Origin: Caldisericia bacterium
Lineage (GTDB): Bacteria; Caldisericota; Caldisericia; JAAYUI01
Assembly: GCA_963674785.1 (NCBI GenBank)
Contig: OY771555.1
Span: 1,984,001-2,048,000, forward strand
Length of the DNA: 64,000 nucleotides
Direction: 5' to 3'
The notes beneath the pieces are model-generated. The model worked only from the letters and a program-made list of their open reading frames with translations, did no database searches and was not told where the DNA came from. The translations under genes and the position numbers were made by a program. Below are positions 58,832 through 64,000 of this stretch, one piece after another. Numbering within the stretch: position 1 is the stretch's first letter; each line of letters starts with the position of its first letter.

Positions 58832-60298
58832 TCATCTAACAACGGAAATTTCTTGATCCCTTATACCCGATGTTGAGCCACCAGCCTCAGTTATTGCAAT
58901 CAAATAGTTAACAATTTCTATAGAGATAATTTCACCAGGAACAAGGATTGGTATTCCTGGCGGATACACAGTTATCGTACCGGCTGAAATTCTGCCAACA
59001 GCATCTTTCAAATTTAATCGTGTACTATTTGAAAAAAAAGCATCTCTAGGATTAATAGCTTTTTCTGGCATTTTTGGACGATGAGTGAAGCTGATGTTTA
59101 TTTTATTTGCAATAGACTGTTGGACTTCAGAAATAGATTTAAGCGTTTTTATCAAAAATCTTACATCAGAAAGATTTGAGGCAACCGATAAAACAATTAG
59201 GATTTTCGAAAAGGTCGCCATCTCGACAAAAATACCTGACTTAACAAGCACTTGTTGCATCTGAAAACCTGTTAATCCGATTCCCAAAACATCAATAAAT
59301 GCTTTTGTCTCATCAACATCAAATACTCCAGAAGAAACAATTTCTTTTTTATTATACGTTTTTAGTCCATCGATTTTACTAACTTCCTGTCTCATCCATC
59401 TGGCGAGTTTTAGAGTTTTTTGAAGAAGTTTTTCTCCATTAAAAAACATGAATTTTCTACAGGCATCAAGGCTTGCCATAATTGGATATGATGGTGAAGA
59501 AGTTTGTACCATCTGTAAAGATTGCTCCAACCTTGAAACATTAACATTGTCACCATTTACAACATGTAGAAATGAACCGCCCGTCAAAGCTGGCAAGGTT
59601 TTATGGGCACTTTGAACAACCATGTCTGCACCGGATTTTATTGCAGATGTTGGCAAGAATCTTGAAAAATTAAAATGTGTACCATGTGCTTCATCAACAA
59701 GCACCTTCATTCCAAATTTCTTTGCATAAGAACTTATCATTTCAATATCTGAAACTAACCCAAAATATGTTGGTGAAGTCAGGAGTATTGCCTTTGCATC
59801 GGTGTTTTCATCAATGATAGTTTTTGCTTTTTCAAATGAAGGAGGTTTCAATAAACCGATATTTGGATTCTCAGAGCAATCAATAAATACAGGCTCTGCC
59901 CCAGACAAAATAATGCCAGAGATGACTGACTTATGGCAATCTCTCCCAACAATTATCTTTTCACCAGGTGAAACCGATTCTAAAATCATCGCTTCAATCC
60001 CGGCTGTTGATCCTCCTACTAAAAAAAAGCTTTTAGAAACTCCGTAGGTATCGGCTAAAAGTTCTTGAGAATCCTTAATTACACCATTTTGATCATGGAG
60101 ATTATCAAGCCCAGGAATCTCAGTTTTGTCGTTTATAAATACTTTTTTTCCAAATAAAATCGAAGATTCTTTCGGTATCAATTGACCATTTTTGTGTCCG
60201 GGGACATGAAATGAATAAGATTTTCGCTCAATCTTTTTTTTAAGAGCAGAGCACAATGGTGTCCTTAAATGGTCGTGACTTTTTTTACTTTTCATCAT
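58832..60298 (-). CDS. Arg/Lys/Orn decarboxylase family PLP enzyme
   Basis: FHVPGHK, VDEAHG, QSAHKTL, TSSPSY, YPPGIP. Confidence 0.92.
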   Translation of the reverse strand: MMKSKKSHDHLRTPLCSALKKKIERKSYSFHVPGHKNGQLIPKESSILFGKKVFINDKTEIPGLDNLHDQNGVIKDSQELLADTYGVSKSFFLVGGSTAGIEAMILESVSPGEKIIVGRDCHKSVISGIILSGAEPVFIDCSENPNIGLLKPPSFEKAKTIIDENTDAKAILLTSPTYFGLVSDIEMISSYAKKFGMKVLVDEAHGTHFNFSRFLPTSAIKSGADMVVQSAHKTLPALTGGSFLHVVNGDNVNVSRLEQSLQMVQTSSPSYPIMASLDACRKFMFFNGEKLLQKTLKLARWMRQEVSKIDGLKTYNKKEIVSSGVFDVDETKAFIDVLGIGLTGFQMQQVLVKSGIFVEMATFSKILIVLSVASNLSDVRFLIKTLKSISEVQQSIANKINISFTHRPKMPEKAINPRDAFFSNSTRLNLKDAVGRISAGTITVYPPGIPILVPGEIISIEIVNYLIAITEAGGSTSGIRDQEISVVR

Positions 60299-60431
60299 GT
60301 GAATTCATTATACAAAAAAAGATAAGAAAATCGACTGAAGAATGAATGGTAAATCTCATCACAAAATTAAAAAATAATTAAAAACTGAAGGCACAAAATA
60401 ACTATGACAGATTTCGACCCCCAACACAAAA

Positions 60432-60508
60432 TGGTCGGGACGAGCAGATTCGAACTGCTGACCTCTTGGTCCCGAACCAAGCGCTCTACCAAACTGAGCC
60501 ACGCCCCG
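60432..60508 (-). tRNA. tRNA-Pro(CGG)
   Basis: CGGGGCG acceptor, anticodon arm CTTGG-TTCGGGA-CCAAG, GTTCGAAT T-loop, encoded CCA. Confidence 0.95.
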
Positions 60509-60554
60509 ATCGATATTTAATTGATACGAGCAACCTGGTTTCACCACGCTCGAA

Positions 60555-60632
60555 TGGTCGGGGTGAGAAGATTCGAACTTCCGACCTTCAGTCCCCCAGA
60601 CTGACGCGCTAACCAAACTGCGCCACACCCCG
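60555..60632 (-). tRNA. tRNA-Pro(GGG)
   Basis: CGGGGTG acceptor, TCAGT-CTGGGGG-ACTGA anticodon arm, GTTCGAAT, encoded CCA. Confidence 0.95.
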
Positions 60633-60648
60633 ATTTTGAAAATGAAGC

Positions 60649-60682
60649 AAAGAGACCGCGGTTATTTAAACCGGGTCTCTTT
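60649..60682 (-). terminator. Hairpin/terminator after HU
   Basis: AAAGAGACC..GGTCTCTTT inverted repeat. Confidence 0.6.
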
Positions 60683-60718
60683 ATAAGCTTTTTTAAAACT
60701 TAGCTAGTTGCTAAAGAA

Positions 60719-60991
60719 TTAAGCAACAGCTTCTTTGAGGTCTTTGCCTGGTTTAAAGGCTGGGACTTTTTTGGCTGGGATCTGAAGTGGTTTACGTGTT
60801 TTTGGGTTTACACCCTTTCTTGCTGCTCTCTCTCTTACATAAAAGGAACCAAATCCAACCAATAGTACCTTTTCACCTTTTGCCATTGCTTCTTTGATGG
60901 ACTCAAGTGTCGCATCGAGCATGGTTGTGCAATCTTTTTTTGAATGCTTTGTAGCAACTGCAATCTTTTCAATAAGTTCTGGCTTTGTCAT
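60719..60991 (-). CDS. hup: DNA-binding protein HU
   Basis: MTKPELI, GFGSF, RAARKGVNPKT, PAFKPGK. Confidence 0.96.
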   Translation of the reverse strand: MTKPELIEKIAVATKHSKKDCTTMLDATLESIKEAMAKGEKVLLVGFGSFYVRERAARKGVNPKTRKPLQIPAKKVPAFKPGKDLKEAVA

Positions 60992-61008
60992 TCTTTAGGC
61001 CCTCCTTC

Positions 61009-62043
61009 TTAGGACTCAGACTTTAAATCTCTCTTCATAAGCCTTTTAATGGCTTCTGAAGCCGTTGTTTGTGAATTTATAATACCCATTATTTCTTCAG
61101 CAATTGGTAACCTGACCTCAAAGCGCCCAGCCAGTTTAAGCAAACCAACCAGTGAGTCAAGACCCTCGATTACCTTTCCAGTCCCAGAAATTTTATCTGA
61201 AGCTTGCTCTGGTGTCAATCCCTTTCCCAACAGCAGACCAAAAGATTTATTTCTGGATAAATTTGAGGTGGATGTTGCAATCATATCTCCAAGGCAGGCA
61301 AGCCCTCTAAGTGTAGATTCCTTCGCACCAATAGCGCTATAAAGTCTACTTATCTCCTCTAACCCACGAACAATCAAAGCGGACTTTGTGTTATCACCGA
61401 ATCCCAACCCCTCTATGATACCAGCACCAATAGCGACGACATTCTTCAAGATACTTCCAATCTCAACACCTAAAACGTCATCCGATGTATAGGCTCTATA
61501 GGTATCAGAGGAAAAAATCTCCTGCAACCTTAAAGCAAGATCAGGGTTTTTTGAAGCAATAACACTTGCTGTTGGCATCTGCTTGGCAACCTCAGCAGCA
61601 AAGTTTGGACCCGAGAGAACAGCAATCCTGTTTTCATCAATCTTCCATTCTTCTGCAAGCACCTGTGACATTGTGTAAGAGGTCACGGGTTCAATGCCCT
61701 TGCTAACCGACAACACCTCAACTGTATTTTCAAGGTAAGGAATAAACATCCTGGCAGCATTTCTTAAGTACTTCCCAGGAACAGCGGAAATCAGTATATC
61801 TGCACCGTATACAGCTGTCAAGGGGTCAAACTCAATAGCCACCTCGTTTGGTAAAGGATATCCAGGAAAAAAAGTTATATTTTCACGATGAGTTTTCAGA
61901 CTATCATAAAGATCTTGAGTATTCGCCCAAAGCTTGATCTTATAATGTTTTCTTGCTAGTAACAAGGCGATAGATGTACCCCATGCACCAGCTCCGATAA
62001 CAGTAATATTTAGATCATCTCTCTTCTCTAATCGTTTTTCCAA
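61009..62043 (-). CDS. gpsA: NAD(P)H-dependent glycerol-3-phosphate dehydrogenase
   Basis: GAGAWG, SKGIE, SGPNFA, LKNV, GD..T..SRN. Confidence 0.95.
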   Translation of the reverse strand: MEKRLEKRDDLNITVIGAGAWGTSIALLLARKHYKIKLWANTQDLYDSLKTHRENITFFPGYPLPNEVAIEFDPLTAVYGADILISAVPGKYLRNAARMFIPYLENTVEVLSVSKGIEPVTSYTMSQVLAEEWKIDENRIAVLSGPNFAAEVAKQMPTASVIASKNPDLALRLQEIFSSDTYRAYTSDDVLGVEIGSILKNVVAIGAGIIEGLGFGDNTKSALIVRGLEEISRLYSAIGAKESTLRGLACLGDMIATSTSNLSRNKSFGLLLGKGLTPEQASDKISGTGKVIEGLDSLVGLLKLAGRFEVRLPIAEEIMGIINSQTTASEAIKRLMKRDLKSES

Positions 62044-62062
62044 AAAAACACCTTACTTTTTC

Positions 62063-63418
62063 TTAATCTCTTTTGGGTCTCCAGAAGAACCTTATCGGTG
62101 TTCCTGAAGCATCAAACTCATCCCTGAACGAATTTAATAAGTATCTTTCGTACGCTGGGTTCAAAGCTGACGTATCATTGATGAAAAAATCAAATCTGGG
62201 AGGTCTAATACCTGTTTGTGTAGCGTAATAAATCTTCAAAAGCCTACCCTTATGAGGGGTTGGAGATGTTTTTGAAACAGCATTAACAAGCCACTTGTTC
62301 AATCTGCCAGTTGTAATTCGAAGTTCAAATTTCTCAGCAACATCGACAACTTTTTCGAAAACTCCCTGAACTTTTTTTCCAGTTAAAGCAGAGGTTGTAA
62401 TTCTTGGAGCCCACGACATGAAGCGAAAATGATAATCGATGCTATCGTAAAGTTCAAGCTTATCCTCCACAAGATCAATCTTATTCACAACAACAAGGCA
62501 TGCTTTACCTTCATCATGAATGAATTTGGCGATCTGTTTGTCCGCAAAAACTATTCCTTCAGAGCCATCAACAACAAGAATTACGACATCACTTCTATGA
62601 ATAGCCTGCTGAGAACGTTTAAAAGTGACATGCTCAAGCTGGGTATCATACTTGTATTTCCTGATTATTCCCGCTGTATCAACGATCTTGTAGCGTTTTC
62701 CACTGTAAAAAATATCCGTGTCGACGGCATCTCTTGTCGTTCCAGCAACATTACTAACAGTCGCCCTGCTTTCACCGATTAATCTGTTTAACAGAGAGGA
62801 TTTACCAACATTTGGTCTTCCAGCAATTGTTACCCTGGGCACTCTCTCATCTGTGTCAGTATCTTGTGATTCTGGATGATCTCTCTTTATTCTTTCAGCG
62901 ATATCGTCAAGGAGGTCGGCAAGATTCCTCCCAGTTGTTGCTGAAACAAAGTAAGGTTCGCCAAAACCAAGCGTGTAAAAGTTGAATTCAGTATAATCGA
63001 CATTATCAGTCTTGTTACCAACAAGGATAACTTTGGATTTCTTTTTTCGAAGCAGTTTTGCAACATCAATGTCTTCCTGAGTTGGTCCAATCTTTGTGTC
63101 AACAACAAAGAGTATGATATCCGCCATACCCAGGGCAAGCTCAGACTGTATTGAAACCTGTTCTTGGATCGGCCCTTCTTCGGGCGCAATTCCACCCGTG
63201 TCCATCAATGTAAAAGTCACTTGATTCCAAGTAAAATCTTCAAGAATTCGGTCTCTAGTGACACCAAAACTCTTGTCGGTTATCACCATTGTTCGTCCAA
63301 GAATCCTGTTAAAAAGGGTTGATTTTCCAACAGATGGTCTTCCAATTAACGCAACAACTGGAAGGTGTCCACCTGAAACATTATCTGCAATTTCGATTTT
63401 TCCTGCATTTATGGTCAT
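62063..63418 (-). CDS. der: Ribosome biogenesis GTPase Der
   Basis: Two G domains (GRPSVGKS, GRPNVGKS), TRD, KH-like C-terminus; der-gpsA synteny. Confidence 0.97.
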   Translation of the reverse strand: MTINAGKIEIADNVSGGHLPVVALIGRPSVGKSTLFNRILGRTMVITDKSFGVTRDRILEDFTWNQVTFTLMDTGGIAPEEGPIQEQVSIQSELALGMADIILFVVDTKIGPTQEDIDVAKLLRKKKSKVILVGNKTDNVDYTEFNFYTLGFGEPYFVSATTGRNLADLLDDIAERIKRDHPESQDTDTDERVPRVTIAGRPNVGKSSLLNRLIGESRATVSNVAGTTRDAVDTDIFYSGKRYKIVDTAGIIRKYKYDTQLEHVTFKRSQQAIHRSDVVILVVDGSEGIVFADKQIAKFIHDEGKACLVVVNKIDLVEDKLELYDSIDYHFRFMSWAPRITTSALTGKKVQGVFEKVVDVAEKFELRITTGRLNKWLVNAVSKTSPTPHKGRLLKIYYATQTGIRPPRFDFFINDTSALNPAYERYLLNSFRDEFDASGTPIRFFWRPKRD

Positions 63419-63510
63419 TGAATGAAAAACTATCGGTTTGTTCGCATTTTGTCAAGGACACCTAGAGTGGATAAAATATTTAAGTATAATGAATCTTGGT
63501 AGGTGGCTAT

Positions 63511-63801
63511 ATGAAAATTAAAGACGAAGACATCAAAAGAGTTTCAAAATTGGCAATGATTAGTTTTGATAGTGATGAGAAACTGTTACACGACATAAGC
63601 AATCTTCTTGAGAATTTCAGTCGTATCGGAAATATCGACCTCAGTGACGTTCTCCCAATGACTCATCCCACGCAATGTAAGCTTATCAAAAAAGAGGATG
63701 AACCAGGAAAAAACCTTGTTAGGGAAACATTTATAAACCAAGCCCCAAAATCAAAAGATGAATATATCTTGGTACCAAAAATTATTTCGGAGCACGAGTA
63801 A
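63511..63801 (+). CDS. gatC: Asp/Glu-tRNA amidotransferase subunit C
   Basis: MKI..V.KLA..PM.HP..ED..AP..VPKI. Confidence 0.85.
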   Translation: MKIKDEDIKRVSKLAMISFDSDEKLLHDISNLLENFSRIGNIDLSDVLPMTHPTQCKLIKKEDEPGKNLVRETFINQAPKSKDEYILVPKIISEHE

Positions 63802-63802
63802 C

Positions 63803-64000
63803 ATGGACTTTTCAGAAGCAAAAAAACTTTCAAAAAAAGAGGTTCTTGAATATTGCCAAACAAACTTCAAAAACAAGGAAGATGAGTTAAACGCCTTTAT
63901 AACAGCAACCTATAACAATATCGATCTTTCAGATTCAAAAGGTGGAATCCTTTCAGAAATTCCAATCGCAATCAAAGACAACATCGCAGTTGAGGGGATC
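63803..64000 (+). CDS. gatA: Asp/Glu-tRNA amidotransferase subunit A (5' part; runs off window)
   Basis: Manual translation MDFSEAKK..LNAFIT..IPIAIKDNI (amidase signature start); follows gatC. Confidence 0.88.
   Translation, partial: MDFSEAKKLSKKEVLEYCQTNFKNKEDELNAFITATYNNIDLSDSKGGILSEIPIAIKDNIAVEGI

Noticed and set aside
60299-60431. Integration (att) site downstream of tRNA-Pro
   Set aside because: No integrase and no duplicated tRNA 3' end seen
60359-60628. 89-aa ORF in the track
   Set aside because: It reads through two tRNA-Pro genes; spurious

Overview
Chromosomal, mostly housekeeping 64-kb region of an AT-rich anaerobic bacterium. Stalk-domain (copper amine oxidase N-terminal) and DUF4388 proteins suggest, by inference only, a Caldisericota-like lineage. 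Core genes: nadD, obgE, rpmA, secD/secF, ispE, rsmA, CCA-adding enzyme, three M42 peptidases, gcvT, transketolase N-half, tdh/kbl, cysS, rlmB, rpsA, three cyclophilin lipoproteins, two tRNA-Pro, HU, gpsA, der, gatC/gatA. No CRISPR, transposase, integrase or rRNA was seen. The main accessory element (16.2-26.3 kb) is a tandem pair of ~1600-aa secreted gluzincin/DUF3344-like/DUF11 proteins. They share a 772-bp apparently identical 3' end including the terminator. Each has its own sigma70-like promoter followed by an unannotated cysteine-rich upstream mini-ORF (MCKICACVARYTLSY; MIMCGCKGVCVRACCFIPTNKIK), a candidate cysteine-sensing leader-peptide control system. Other points of note: a satellite microcompartment locus (PduL plus a degenerate PduT-like shell protein), a LipS1-type lipoyl synthase, several apparent pseudo-enzymes, a Tdh lacking its structural-zinc cysteines, and frequent leaderless-type promoters. 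All family calls come from motif recognition by eye; no database search was run.
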